From: Pocillopora damicornis
Taxonomy: Eukaryota
DNA: 64,000 nt
Direction: 5' to 3'
Assembly: GCF_003704095.1 (NCBI RefSeq)
Contig: NW_020844818.1
Coordinates: 1-64,000, forward strand
The translations under genes and the position numbers were made by a program. The notes under the pieces were generated by a model that did no database searches, was not told where the DNA came from, and saw only the letters and a list, made by a program, of their open reading frames with translations. Position 1 is the first letter of the stretch; each line of letters starts with the position of its first letter. Positions 12,901-26,271 of this stretch are shown here, in pieces.

Positions 12901-15900
12901 TTCCTTCCATGTCTTGAAATGATTCTCCAAAAATATCAACTTCTTATTTTTAGCAATGAATTTTAAAAATACTTGCACACAAATTTTACATAGGATAGCT
13001 ATGTCTTAGGCCCTTTCCATTTTTTGGTTAGCTGGTATTTGTCTTTCTATTGTAAGTTTTTTCTTTGATTCAATATACAAAGCTGGTTAAAAAGGCACTG
13101 GTCAGTAATGTCATCACGACACAGCAAGGGAATTTCCGTGGACCAAGCTTTGTCTTTTGCTCAACAATGCAGTGGAGCTAAACGGAAACTGATGAGAAAT
13201 TACGTTAAGGTAGGAAAACAAGTTCTGCAAGACTCCAGTTTCTGAAACATCTGGATATCCTTTGATTTTTTGTTTTTGTCTTGTTGGGTTTTTAGGATGT
13301 ACTTGAGGCTCAGTGTGGAATGGCTCAGCATAATGAGAATCTGCTGTGGAACTCCTTTGTAATGCTGTTCAACTCTCTAAATAAACAACCAAAGGTTAGT
13401 ATTGTTACAAGGCTAGTTACTATATGTTCAGAGGTGTTTCTTTAAAGTTTATGTATTCATTGCTAAAACATTATGAGAGCAGTCATTACTATTATTCAAG
13501 GCCAAGGAGTGATGATTAAGCTCATCTTAAAGGTTTTTGCCAGATGATTTCATTTTTTTTTTTTGTATGCTCTCTCTCTCAAAACTCATCTACAGTTTTA
13601 TAACACTGACTGTTAAATAGAACAGTCCAAGACTTACTGTGGTCTTAAGATCCTTGTTTGATTACTTATAGGCTCTCATGACCACTCTTGGTGAAAAATT
13701 ATACATCTTCAATATTATCTATCTCTAGGGTAGAAATAGTACAAATTGCTTTAATTCACTACATTTTGGAAAATCATAACATGTGCATTATGGAAGAGAT
13801 ATTGATTGCAATTAAAGTTATGGACAATTTAATATCATTATGTCAATGTCAATCTGTAATAACTTTTTTAACCTTTTTTTTTTACCAGTTGTACGAGATG
13901 TTTTGTAAGTATGCAAAGGAATACCCTGACCTTGGTATGACACCAGCTGAGTTTGCAGAATTTCTTAACAGAGAGCAAGAGGTAAGTAATGGAGAATTAT
14001 TACACTTGACATCTGTGTTGACACTTGTGTTAAGTTTTTGGTAAATACACAAATTATACGTTATCAAGAATGTTGATAATATTATTTGATATTTTATACA
14101 TGTTGTTGATGGTGAAGTTGTTAGTAACAGTGACAGTCGTGATGTAGGAGATCCATTAAATATGATTTTTTTTTATAAACAGGAAACACTCAGTCTAGCT
14201 GCTTGTGCGAGGCTGATGTCAGCTCATGACAAATTTCACATGATATTCAAGCAGAGATGTGCAGGAGACAATCCAGATTTCTTCAGATTGAGTAAATCTC
14301 TTCTGTCATATCATGGATTTTTAAGGTAAATAAAGTTCTATCAAGAAATCACTGTTCAGGTACTTGTACAAACTATTATTTAACTATTATTGGAGGACAG
14401 TATAATCATTAAGATCTATAACCTTCTACTTAAAAAAAAAGTATCTGTGAACTTGGCCATACTAGTACACTTTTTGCTGAATATGTTTATTGTAATGGGA
14501 TACTTCTCTGTGCTTAAATAAACTTGGATGATAGTTTTAATTTCCCAAGGGTTTAACCACTTTTTAAAGTTATGCAAAATGTAAACTGTCACTAATGACA
14601 CAAATTGACAAACGACTGAGGAGGCAAGATTAGGTTTCAATTTTGTCTGCGTAATTTGAGCTAAATCTTTGAGCTAAGGGTGATATATCTTTGAGGCTCA
14701 CATTTATAGATAAAATTAAATGGGCTTTACAACTCTGGAAAGAAGAGAATTTTAAATATAACTGCAGCCTTATCATGTGTTAACAAAATTAAACTAGTAG
14801 CAACTATTAAGAGAGTTGTGTTATTTTATTTCAGTTATCTCAGAAGTGAAGACAACTCTGCTGTCAATCCAGAAGAGAAAACTGTCCACCAAGTGAGGGG
14901 TGATTTGATTTATTCAATAGGAATTGAATCAGGCAGAATTGTCAGAATACATTTTGACATGAATGTGTGTTTGAATTTCAGTTGTGCGTGAATCACCCTC
15001 GAAAATGTTGTTTGGTTAAACTTAAGCATGGGGCCCCCTCTGTGCTAAGAATTATGTTCTTGTCTGTGGGGGAGATTTAAATATATATGTAAAGTTAGCT
15101 ATTTATTGACCTTCCTCTCTTTTCAATATTGCTGAGGAAGGTTCGCACAAAGAAAAACAATGTAGCATCAAAAATTAAGTAGAAGGGGCCTCGCAAAATT
15201 CAAACTTAAAGTTAATATTTGAACTTGAACTGTTGTTTTGTGATGAATAGAATGATCTTGGTTGTTACACAGTCATCGGGATTTGTTTCCCTTTTTTTCT
15301 TTCTTTCTTTTTTTTAATACAGGACATGGATCAGCCTCTGTCTGATTATTTTATCAACTCATCTCACAACACCTATCTCACTGGACGACAACTGAAAGGC
15401 AAATCCAGTCTTGAGGCTTATGTAAGAGCTCTATTACAGGGCTGTCGCTGTCTTGAACTTGACTGTTGGGATGGCCCAGGTAGGTGAAATGTAATTTACT
15501 TGTTGATGTCATGTGAGGGCTAAATAAAAAATATCTGAAGGCAACAGTATATATTTGTATAGATGCTAAACGCAACAAGACAATCATGTGATATCTATTT
15601 CAATATGCAGATAGGTATTTCCTATCTGATTTCTGTGAGATGTTAGTCATCCCAATTCAAATCAAATTTCAAACTCAGCAATGAGATAATTAATATTTAA
15701 ACTGTCAGCGGTTGCAACTTGTGGTTTCAAATACTCAATGTTCCACAATTTAGCTGCACCATAACCTATTAGCAGTACTTGTGAATGGGCAAGGAATGAT
15801 GATTTGCTTGTATGCCCCTACATCATACAAGGTTACAAGACAGTATTATTTTGGAATAAAAATTCAAAATTGAGGATTATACAATATTATGAAATGGACA

Positions 15901-18900
15901 TGTTTTTAGCCTAAGGTTACATGTCACTGTTTTCTTCACTATCTAATACATACTTAATTTTTTAAAATCAATATTACTCTGCTGTAAAATGAGAAAAGAA
16001 ACTGTCTTTGGATTTCAGACGAGCCTGTGATAACACATGGACTTACACTCACATCTAAAGTCAGGTTCAGAGATGTGGTGCAAGTTATTAAGGTAGGAAT
16101 GATGCCTTGTTTTTTATTTCAGTAGAGGGATTTGATAAATGCATGATATAACTTAACCACTTAATTCTAATACACACTGGTTACTGTTGGAGAAATAAGT
16201 TTAGGATCCTTTGCTGAGGAAGGGACAAAGATTGCACTGAAGAGAGTGTGGTTTAAAGAAAAATTTAACTATGTTTTGAAAGTCTGTTGTCAGAAAAAGG
16301 CCTGATAAAGCTTTGCCTCATTCTGGTTTGAAGATATCTTGCTTCTGTTCGATGCATTGATGGAATACTGTTAGTGGGTGAACTAGATCAACTTGCACTG
16401 TGTTTTCCACAGGGCATATATTTAAAATTGTGCAATTCTTGTTGAGAATATGTTCATTGAATATTTGTGTCATATACTTGGTGTGTAATTATAATGCTGT
16501 AAAGTGATTGTGTTTGAAAATCATACTTTTTGAAACTTTACTAAAAACATACAACACAAAACAAACCATTTTTAATGTTTAACTGAGCTTGTTTTATAAT
16601 AGTGGTGTAAAATGCGTCTTTGCACAATGCCAGCAGAGTAAGCAACAAGAAGTACATGCTCTGATTATCAGCAAAATGGAACTAATGCATATTATTTTAT
16701 AAATGTTAGGGAAAACATGCATACTGCAAACCTTACTTTAACTCTTAAACCCGTAAGAGTGACTAGCAACTAATTTCACCTTACAATATCATCCCTGAAT
16801 TTAACATCCAGGTCATGAGAGGAAAAGAAATGATCTTCAACATAACAAATTCTTGCTTGAAAAATGAACTCTCCCTAAAAGTAACTGTTACATTGAAAAT
16901 GTTTTAAGGACAATACAGAGAATATGCATTATTATGTTATGGTGTGAACTTTAACTTCATTGTATTGTGTCTTTTTACAGGAGTATGCCTTTGAGACAAC
17001 AGATTTTCCTTTGATTTTGTCCCTAGAGAATCACTGCTGTGAGCAACAACAAGTAGGTTCAAGGAATGATATTTCAATGCTATGATCAATGCTCCTCTAG
17101 AATTTAAAAAATACATTTGGTCTCATTTTTTTTATCAATCTGTAGGCGATCATGGCTGACATTTTTGTCTCTGAGCTTGGTGATATGCTGGCAACAAATA
17201 ACCTCTGTGATGAGATGAGTATCAATACTCTTCCTTCACCAAATCAGCTCAAGAGAAAAATTCTGTTGAAAGGCAAGATTAAAGTCAAGAAAAAGGTGAA
17301 ATCATGATTCAAACAAGCACTTTATTTGATGTAGTCAAGGTGTTCTTTGTTCCTGTGTGAGTTATGAATGGGCTATGATATTAAATATTCCTTTCATTTT
17401 TGTTTTTCATCCTTCAGCACAAGATATCAACTGCCATTACTCCTATAATCTCGGTAAGTATTTGGACTCCAAGGTTATGTAAAGGTAGTGTAGTTACAGG
17501 TAGTGCGAAAAGGTGTTAACTGTAGTCTTCACACCACATGTTTAATACTGGCTGAATGTCAAATTCTCTGAGATGGCACTGGAATGACTGCAGTGGGTTT
17601 GACTTACTTTATGCAAGTAAGACCTTCATAAGATTCCTGATACTGATTTACATAGTACTACGTAGTATTACTTAGTCATGGCTACTTGGTGACTACAGCA
17701 TTACGTTCCACACAGACTCTCCTATGTTCAGGATTGACTGTATATATTGTTTAGTGTGCACTTCATATAAATTCAAATAGGACTAGGTTTACACTTTATT
17801 CATATATATTTTGTTGAGATTTTATTGATAAGGACACTTTTTTATGTCAGTTGCACAGAAAGTGAATATCTCTAGTAATCAATCATGGCCATTTCTCTGG
17901 AGAAAGTACTATTTGTATTCTGTTCTTTGAGTTAGATGTTAATGGTTGACTTTATCTCAAATAGGGTCTTACTCCAAGGGTAAAGAAGACCAGCAGAGTG
18001 CTAGTTTCAAGTCAGGTACCAAACATCACTAGTTTTATTTTTATTTGATAATTACAGTGTATCTGTATAATAGATTGCCCCTGGCAAACCCTGTAACCTC
18101 TTTATTTACTCAGAATAGGGTTTTGTTATGCTGGCTTGTCAGGTCTTTCATGCACTAACTAGAGTTATGATAAAATGCAAATTTATTTTTTTCAAGAAAA
18201 GTTAACTTTTTATTTTAATAACCCTTATAGTACAGGACACTTTTGAACCTAGGCCAATATTTCACTGCTAAAGAATGTTTTCAGTTCATTGCTCTGAATT
18301 CTGTCAACAGTCTGAAGCAATGTTGGCAAGAACACCTTCATCACAGTCACTCGGTACTAGATTGAGATCTTCAACAACAACCACATTGACAGATGACAAG
18401 GTAATGGGGTATACTGATTTTTGGTTTCAGAATGAACATAGCATGGGACAAATTCAATCACAGTCAGGAGCGGAACCAATTAAGTTTAAAAATCATCTCG
18501 ATTTAGATATTCTTGGCAATACATAGCTGGCTTGATAGCTCAGCTGGATGGCAATTAGTTTAAATCCCATAAAAGCCTGACAAATTTTTAACTGGCTTTC
18601 CTTTCACAACTATTTGCATTCTGCATACAACATGTCCACTGGGTTGACTTGTCAACTTTCCAGCTGAGGATGTACTGTGGTCTTATTTTAAGAAAAGCTT
18701 TCTTCTCCCAGCTTTGAGTAAATAGGACCACCAGTTGGTCAAGTGGAATTACAACAGAATCTGGCACCGAAACATGACATAATTGAGCCAGAGGGCATCT
18801 GATGGCATGTAAAAGAATTAAAGAACTTATGTTAAATCAAAGTTAAATTGGTTCCATGACCAGCATTTTACATTTACCATGTTCCATATTTCATTTCAGA

Positions 18901-21900
18901 GCTCAACAAGTGAAGAGCAGTATCACATAGTAAGTCCTCTAAAAATTCATATTCCATTATGATAACTCGGGACAGGAACACACAGAGATCATCATGATAT
19001 CTCAGTGTATTGCAAGCAAACTTGACAGTTTCCAGAAAAAATGTTGTGCTCTATGTTGCTGTGGGACAAGGGGGGGCATTCAATTTACTTGTGTTTGTGA
19101 GACCATACTGATCTCTTATTTCACCATCACTATGGTTTTCTAGGTCCCATTAGAAGATGCCATGGGAAAACTGATTGTGTATATGCGTGCAGTTCCTTAC
19201 AAGAGGAGTGAAGTCTCTGGTGACTGCTGTGAGATGTACTCATTTAATGATGGAGCAGCACAAGATGCCATTACAGGGCATCCAAGAGGTGTGATCTGAA
19301 TTTTAATTCTCCCATCTTATTGTCATACATCTCCTTGTAAATTAGTCAAGAGAATTTGGTGTTACACCAGGAAAACATCACCCAGCTGATATCTTAAAGT
19401 TTGTTTTCTTTCTTGTTGTTAGTTTGTTACTGGTAATTAATGGGTCAATGTGGTCATGAGAAGTTATATGTTGATCCTTTTTGGAATTTTTTCGTATTCT
19501 TTAAAATACATAAGATATGTCTCTTCTGTAACTTTTCCTGTCTTACTTAGCCCTCTAACTAGTCTCAAAATTAACAGGGGACATAGCTTTTTTTCCTAGA
19601 AATTCTGAATGGAGAAATTGGATTTTTTATGATGATGGTGGTTTTGAAAGCTGAAATTCTTTGAGGAAAGATGGAGGGTCACATAAAAAAATAGAGACTG
19701 AAATAAATTCTGAGTGCTTTTCATAGAAGTGGAACCTTAGAACTTATTGCATCCCATAAATTCAAGATCTCTTATAAAATAATATGACATATATATATAT
19801 TGCATACACATTTTGTATACGCATTTGCACACTCTCACATGACTTTTCCATGTAATTTCAGACAGATGCTGAGTACTGCAATGTGTAGTTTCATGAAGAT
19901 CTAATGCTTATTTTGTGTTCTTTAGATATTTTGTATTTGGCTAACAAGCACATTGTCAGGACATATCCCAAAGGTTCAAGAGTGGACTCATCAAACTATA
20001 ATCCCCAGACCATGTGGAATGCTGGTATTCAAATGGTGGCAATTAATTTTCAAAAACCAGGTGTGTTATAAAGAACAAATTGCGAAAGAAACTCTACAGT
20101 CTTATTATATTTAACCACAAATATCTCAAAATTAAAATTAGCATAACCTCAACTCACATATCTCTACTAGCCTTATACCTTTTTCTGTCTCTCAGAAGCC
20201 CTGATCAGTTTTTGATCATTTTAATTGTTGTCATAAAGTTTGAGATACTATACAAGATCATTTAGTAAATATGCTGTAAAAGATCTTTTCATTTTCAAGA
20301 ACACCTCTTATGAAATAGTTATTCTGATCATTATCCTATAATCTATCTCAGCCAGTAAATTTTCATTGACAGTTAATTCACAAAAGACAAAAAAGAAGGA
20401 GTTTTTAAAGGGATTTAATTTGGTTTCCATCTTTGATCTGATGATCTTCATTCTTTGTCTTGATTATTTCATGTTCCTTCAGGTGTCAGAGAGGAAATTA
20501 GTTTTTTTTTTTAAAGTATTGATTCCTATTGATCATTGGTGTTATTTTGCAGATTTTAGCATGCACCTAAACCAAGGAAAGTTCAGGAAGAATGGAGGAT
20601 GTGGTTATATTTTAAAACCTGATTCTTTGAGAAACAGAGGTAAGGAATTTGTACTGGTGAACACTGTTGTCTTTATTATCTCATGGTGGCAACAATAACT
20701 GTGGAACACTTGTTCCTGTTTTATCTAGAATTAACCTTTAACACCCACATGCCCCTGCCCTTGTGAAACTGATTTCAATTGACTGTTAATTTTTTGCAGA
20801 GAAGTCAAATTATCACCCAATGATTAAGGAAAGTCCCAAGAATGGAAAATCATGTTACTTCACCATTGAGGTTTGCCATTCTGTTGATTGAATTAATTTA
20901 AAGGGAAGGGGAATAAAATTCTTCAAAAAAGTTTGCAGGCCATGGGGCCATCCCTTGCTGTGTTGGTTTGTCTTATTCTCCCTCTCACTTTCCAGCCTTT
21001 CTGGGTTTTTCTCCCCTTAAATTTCTGTGTTGGGTGCCTGGTCCTATTCCATGGAACCTCTTGGTTATAGGATTTGCCTGCCATGGGTGTGGCACCCAGT
21101 TAAGGTGCTGATTGGACTTACACAGTGGTCAAATGTCTGCACATGTGGAAACGTTGTGTTGGCCAAGGGTCTTGCTCTCAGCTTGGCAGAATCAAGTTCT
21201 CTCACAGGAGTTACAAAGAAAAAACCTTAGGGTCTACATGATGGTGTTTTAAAAGCATAAAACATTTTTGATAACAATCAAACCAAAATGGAAAATCAAT
21301 TGGATACCCGTACTTAAATAAGCTTTACTTTATATTCACTTTTGTTGGTTAGGCATTTGATATTGTGCTTTCCTTAACTGTAAACATTATATCAATAAGA
21401 AATTTTGAAATTAAACTGCTTTTTTTTTAGGTGTTATCAGGGCAATATTTGCACTTGGATCAGGACTCTTATCTTCCAATTCGTGTTGATATTGAGATAG
21501 TTGGTGTCCCACAGGATTGTGCATCGCTTAGCACAGAGGTTAGCTTTGAAATTTACCTCACAAAAAATTATAAAAGAAGTGATTAGCTGATTGCATGTCA
21601 ACAGTCCAAATAGTGACACTATAAGGCCAATATGATGTAGTTTTTGGTTGTCCATATATAGTGGTGGCACTGTTCTCAGGTGTTGTGCAATGTTTGGTGT
21701 TCCTGCTGTCATCAATGGGCGTAGTCCTCTTTTCTTAACTGGTGACGACGCTTTTCTTTATTTCTTCATTAGCCAACTATGGACAAGCTGAATCCCCAGT
21801 TTGAAAATGCCAAGCGTCTCTTTAAAATAATCATGCCGGAATTGGTAAGTGTTGAGAAATGAATTGATCATTGATACCAACTAAAACTGTGAAAAAAATC

Positions 21901-22670
21901 ACTGCTGTGTCTTTAACAAACTTAAATTTTGTCTGTGCCTTTCAGTGTCTGGTTTACTTCAAAGTCCATCTGCTGAACAGAAACAAAAGCAGAATTATTT
22001 TTCAAAATGTACTTTCTTTGGACAGTCTTAGACCAGGCAAGTTGAAGTTCTGAGGGAATGATCACAATGAGGTTTCATTCCAACCATTACTGTATCACTT
22101 TTAAGGACAAGTCAAACTAATTTACCATCTTGTGCAGTTTATAGAGTTCTTTCACTCAATCTTGAACTCCATGCTATGGCGTTCGATAGGCTATCTGAAA
22201 ATCTCCTGAACCAAATTACCAATTCCAACTAGTCTTGTACTTGTAATCGTCACAAACTATTCAAAGGGTCATGAAGTTCTGATCCTACAACTGACCTGTA
22301 GAGAGACGTCTTTTAACTTGCATCAAATGTCCTTTTAAGGAAGAAGACGCTTTGTGTGCTGGCTATATAGTACAGTTGTAGGTAGCTCAAAGGTCTAGTT
22401 CGTTAAAACTTCTCTCCATTTTTGTAGAAAAACTGCCGCATCCTACTCACCTCCCCCAAAAATCGTAGCAATTTTCGGACAAACCAAATAGCTTGTGATT
22501 AATTTATTTGCTACATATTTTTTTTAGGACTTCACTACATCCGACTGCGAAGTCCAACAGGTGTTGAGATTCCCCACAGTGGTCTGTTTGTCCGTATAAA
22601 GCTTCAAGAATTTGAGCCATCCTCTTGTATTGTAAAGGGAACCTCACGAGAGAGACTCCTTACATTTTAG
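6966..22670 (+). CDS. Phosphoinositide-specific phospholipase C (PH-PH-EF-X-Y-C2, delta-like core), ~30 exons
   Basis: X box [52 protein letters not shown] (15322-15479), EPVITHG (16019+), [11 protein letters not shown] (16981+), [17 protein letters not shown] box [32 protein letters not shown] (19926-20060), [11 protein letters not shown]2 VLSGQYL...SLRPGLHYIRL. Stop TAG 22668-22670. First exon 6966-7162 has PH motif [14 protein letters not shown]. Confidence 0.93.
8299..8510. mobile_element. TA-flanked MITE with ~40-bp TIRs
   Basis: TA|GTCCATTTTACAGTTGCGTTCTTGGTTGCCAAGCCTTTGA ... TCAAAGGCTTGGCAACTAAGTACACAACTGTGAAGTGGCC|TA. Confidence 0.8.
9142..9282. mobile_element. Palindromic MITE (CCAGTTGTTC...GAACTACTGG, internal GGATA/TATCC motifs)
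   Basis: Imperfect inverted termini; a related copy lies at ~46833-46980. Confidence 0.65.
10668..11134. mobile_element. 467-bp non-autonomous hAT-like element with 5-bp TSD, nested in an older TTAA MITE (~10528-11215)
   Basis: TTATA|CAGGGCGTGAAATT ... AATTTCACGCCCTG|TTATA, a perfect 14-bp TIR. The flanks rejoin into the MITE family seen intact at 26057-26267. Confidence 0.88.
12531..13082 (+). other. U12-type (minor spliceosome) GT-AG intron in PLC gene
   Basis: Donor GTATCCTTTT matches the U12 consensus. Branch-like TTCTTTGAT lies ~13 nt before the AG and there is no polypyrimidine tract. Joined frame reads PIVL-WLKRHW. Confidence 0.88.
18523..18620 (+). mobile_element. Degenerate tRNA-derived SINE
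   Basis: A-box-like TAGCTCAGCTGG, decayed B box GTTTAAATCCC, then AAGCCTGA..ATTTTT. An opposite-orientation relative lies at ~62150-62260 (CCTGAAACAATTCAGGCTTTGAAGGGATTCAAATCC). Confidence 0.55.
22037..22527 (+). other. GC-AG intron in PLC gene
   Basis: CCAG|GCAAGT donor and TTTTAG acceptor. Splicing restores SLRP-GLHYIRL, matching the PLC C2 'lrpGyrhv.L' motif; the unspliced frame stops at 22053. Confidence 0.85.
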
Positions 22671-22686
22671 ATTTACCTCAAATCTG

Positions 22687-22898
22687 TTAATTCTTTCACT
22701 CCCCAGATCTCTTGGATAATTCTCCTTACTGTCTGCCAAACAATTCTTATGATCTTAGTTCGGAGAATTTGGTATTGTATCAATTATTGATCTCCTTATT
22801 GATGTTATTCTCTATTCTCGTTATTTGTTTGCTTGACATTGTATTGATATTGTAAGGAGAAATTCTATCTTGGTCACTGATGGGAGTTAAGGGATTAA
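22687..22898. mobile_element. TTAA-flanked MITE at start of PLC 3'UTR
   Basis: TTAATTCTTTCACTCCC ... GGGAGTTAAGGGATTAA, 16 nt after the stop codon. Confidence 0.75.
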
Positions 22899-24374
22899 CG
22901 TATACTGCTATGTCAAATTTTGCTATTTAGTTTCGTTTTTATTGTAATCTATATTAGATACCGTTCTGATCTGGACTGATAATTCTAGAAGAAAGATATT
23001 TATTTATTTTTAATTTTTCAATTTCTCATGGGGAATCGTTTGGAAAATGAACTAAATGAAAGGATAATGTCAGATCAAACTTAGGTTCTTTTTTTGAGTT
23101 TGTGCGTCGGAGGAAGTTTTGTTTTTGCTTGTTTCTTTTATTATGTTGTGTTTCTTGGCATGTTTGTTTTGCTAGAGTTTTTTTACTCTGTAAAGCGCCC
23201 GACCACTCTGTATTCCTTATTCATGCCACTTGACAGTTCTTATCGTAGAGCGCGCGATGTTCTCAAAAGATTGACCTCGTTTATTATCGAAAGTTAAGAT
23301 TAAATGTTCAACTAAACGAGATTTCTTTGCTAAATAGAATTTTTCCCTAGGTACTCGTCAGCCGAAAGTGAGCAATGTGACAACCACACGAGTAAGGTCT
23401 TTTGTGACTGTAAAATCCTTGAACATAGTGATTTTAAAGTGAGTGTCGTAAACCACTACCAAAGTTATCACAACAACCAATCAGAACAAAGAAATAAGCA
23501 AAAGGAGTCAATCAAATTTCAAAGTTTAACTAGCAAACTGCCAGAAGCGCGGGAAAACGCGGGTAACCAAAACCTGGGCAATCAAAGATGCGAATCTCAG
23601 GTTCGCCGTTTAATTGAAAATTACTTTTAATTACTTTTAGTCAAGAAACAGCAAAAATTTAGATTTAGCCTAATTCTAGCCAGTTCACAAAATGGGATAA
23701 ACCATCCTCAATGTACTGAAATTAAAATTGGAGCTGTATCATGGTAGAGAAATAGTATGAACACTATTGATGATTGTTGAACATGACACAATAGCTAGAT
23801 CATGCTTTTACAGGGAGGGAAATAAGATATTTAATTGTCTAAATTAACTTGATCGAGAACACAGTAATTACTTGTACATATTATTTTATTTAGTTTTCAC
23901 GTATTTATTGGCGTTTTCATTCATCTACGATTTTAATGTACTATTGAATCATACTTCTCAAAGTCTTGAGAAAATAATATTTTGGAACGCGAATCTTATT
24001 TTTTATGATAGGATGTGAAGATTGTACAAATGACTCTGTTTTAAACAATCAGAATTACACTTATATTTTGTAATATATTATGTTGTAGAAATAAAACGTC
24101 TTTCACCTTTGATTATTCGGTTCGTGAAGCTGTCAGAATGAAGCTTAGTCTCGATACGGACAGAACACAGCACATTAAAAACAGAAGTCATATTTCAATA
24201 TTTCCTGCCCCTTAAACGTCTTCTTTCTCTCCTGATGTGTATTTTTAGACTGCTAATGATGAAGTTTATATCTTTTATTTGAAGTTTTATCAACTTGGGT
24301 CCTACCGTGTATATGTGACAACCGCTTGGCCTTGAAAGGTCTGGGTACGAGACTAATTGTAATTCATCAGAAGG

Positions 24375-24473
24375 TAGCCTGTTCCAGGTGTCCAGTTAGT
24401 AAAATACAGCGAAATAGTTAACGGCGTGATAACTCGCGCTTCGTTTTATTACCTGCACGTGTGGAACAGGCTA
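24375..24473. mobile_element. ~100-bp MITE
   Basis: TAGCCTGTTCCA ... TGGAACAGGCTA perfect 12-bp inverted termini. Confidence 0.7.
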
Positions 24474-26056
24474 CTGTAGGTTTGTCGCCGATTGACCCTC
24501 GAGGCCAAGTTATACAACCGGCGAATGACGGTATCCTGCGGCTAGGTAACAAGTCGTTCTGCGCTATCCTCTGGAAGGGGACTTTTTTAGCGGATGCTGC
24601 AATCCATTCTTGGGACCAGCAAAGCCTGGTCCTTAAGTGAGGCGAGATGAACCCTAGCGAAAGTCGCAAGTGGTTCAGACCATCACACAGGGAACAATAA
24701 CGCGAAGATTCGATATTCTATTGGATAGGACTTGATGAAAGTCTAGGTGGCAAAGTTAAATGAAATGACACTACTTTTAACGGTTACGGACACCGTTAAG
24801 GCATTGTGCTAAAAAACAAAATAGTAGAAAAGGGCGAACTTGAAACAGCTGAGGACAATTGTCTCGAATTTGTGCCCTGTTCGTTCTCCTCACTGCTGGA
24901 GAAAACAAAGGGGGCTACTTTATAATAGGTAAAATAATTTTGCAAAACGTTTGACCGTTTTTGAAACACAAGTAATAGAAAGAGAGACCTTCAATTATGC
25001 GAGGGACATATGGTAGGTAGTTGATTGAGCAAAATTCGCAAAGTTTGGTCGTTTCGTCTCACTATTTTTTGCACTCGTTCAAACATACCATCATGTACTT
25101 GCCGGACAAAACGCACGACATTTTTTCTTTTGGTGCTTCTTAAACTGAACGTTAAGGAGCGAGAGAGACCTTTTAATGTTTGCGATGTATACCACGAATC
25201 TACAGCCGTGGATGTCCCGCATAAAGCACAGCAAACATGCATAAATACGTTTATCCTAATACGATCCTTTAAACACGCGGGCTTCCACCAGAATACACCG
25301 CAGAGCTGAAAAGAGCTAAAACTTCTTTAACAATTGGTAAAAAACTTTTCTTGTAGGCAAATAGGATGTGAACACCAGCGAATAAATATAGCGAAATGCA
25401 TTGCATCAACTCAAGTTATCTTGTGTTCCATTACACCCCCTTCCAACAGCTAGCTGACTTGTTCACGCGTTTTGAAAAAAAAGATTTATATTCCTTTTAT
25501 ACAAGGACAACGTTACTGATCGAATATCGACTTAACTGAGTCAAACAGCTGCACAAAGCGAAAGCATTTGATGTTTTTAAAACACAGCTATTATGCCCCG
25601 TCAATTTTATTCCAATCAAAGCTGTGGTAAGATTAGAGTGGAGCTGAGGCATTGCATTAGATGGGATTTAACGATTTCTTGGAGAAAATTGGAACTACTG
25701 AAATTTTAATCTTTCACTAAAGGAACCATTCCAAACAAACAAACTTTCCGGAGCACAAAAAAAAAAAAAACGGAAAAAACATAGTCGATCATGTTCATAC
25801 TTCTCCAAAATACTGACCACCTGTCCTAATACTTCAAGGCTTTAAAAAGACACCAAAACCTGGGTAACAATTTGACGTGTATGTTGTGGCTTGAAATGAA
25901 ACTTGCAAATATTTTTAACCAGTTTAATATGTATTCACCTTTGTTCCAGAAGAATTTCCATCATTATTAAACGAAGAAAGATAAACATCAACCTTGTTTA
26001 GAATAACTTCAACTTGAGGTTCTTTTCAACTGCCACAAGTACAAGATCTATTCCTT

Positions 26057-26268
26057 TTAACCCTTTACTCCCTAACATCAGTATACATATTCTCCATAGT
26101 GTTCTCTGAACATTTCCTAAGGTGCTGACAAGGAGAATTTGTCTAACAATCAAGAGCTTCTTTAGTTGGTGATCATTTCCTTTATTCTTGTGACCTTCAT
26201 GTTTGAATCAAGGGTGATATGGTAAGGAGAAATTAGATGCCAGTCACTCTTAGGGGTTAAAGGGTTAA
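26057..26268. mobile_element. TTAA-flanked MITE abutting ECSIT stop codon
   Basis: TTAACCCTTTA ... TAAAGGGTTAA; internal sequence shared with ~7625-7810 and ~10528-11215. Confidence 0.85.
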
Positions 26269-26271
26269 TTG

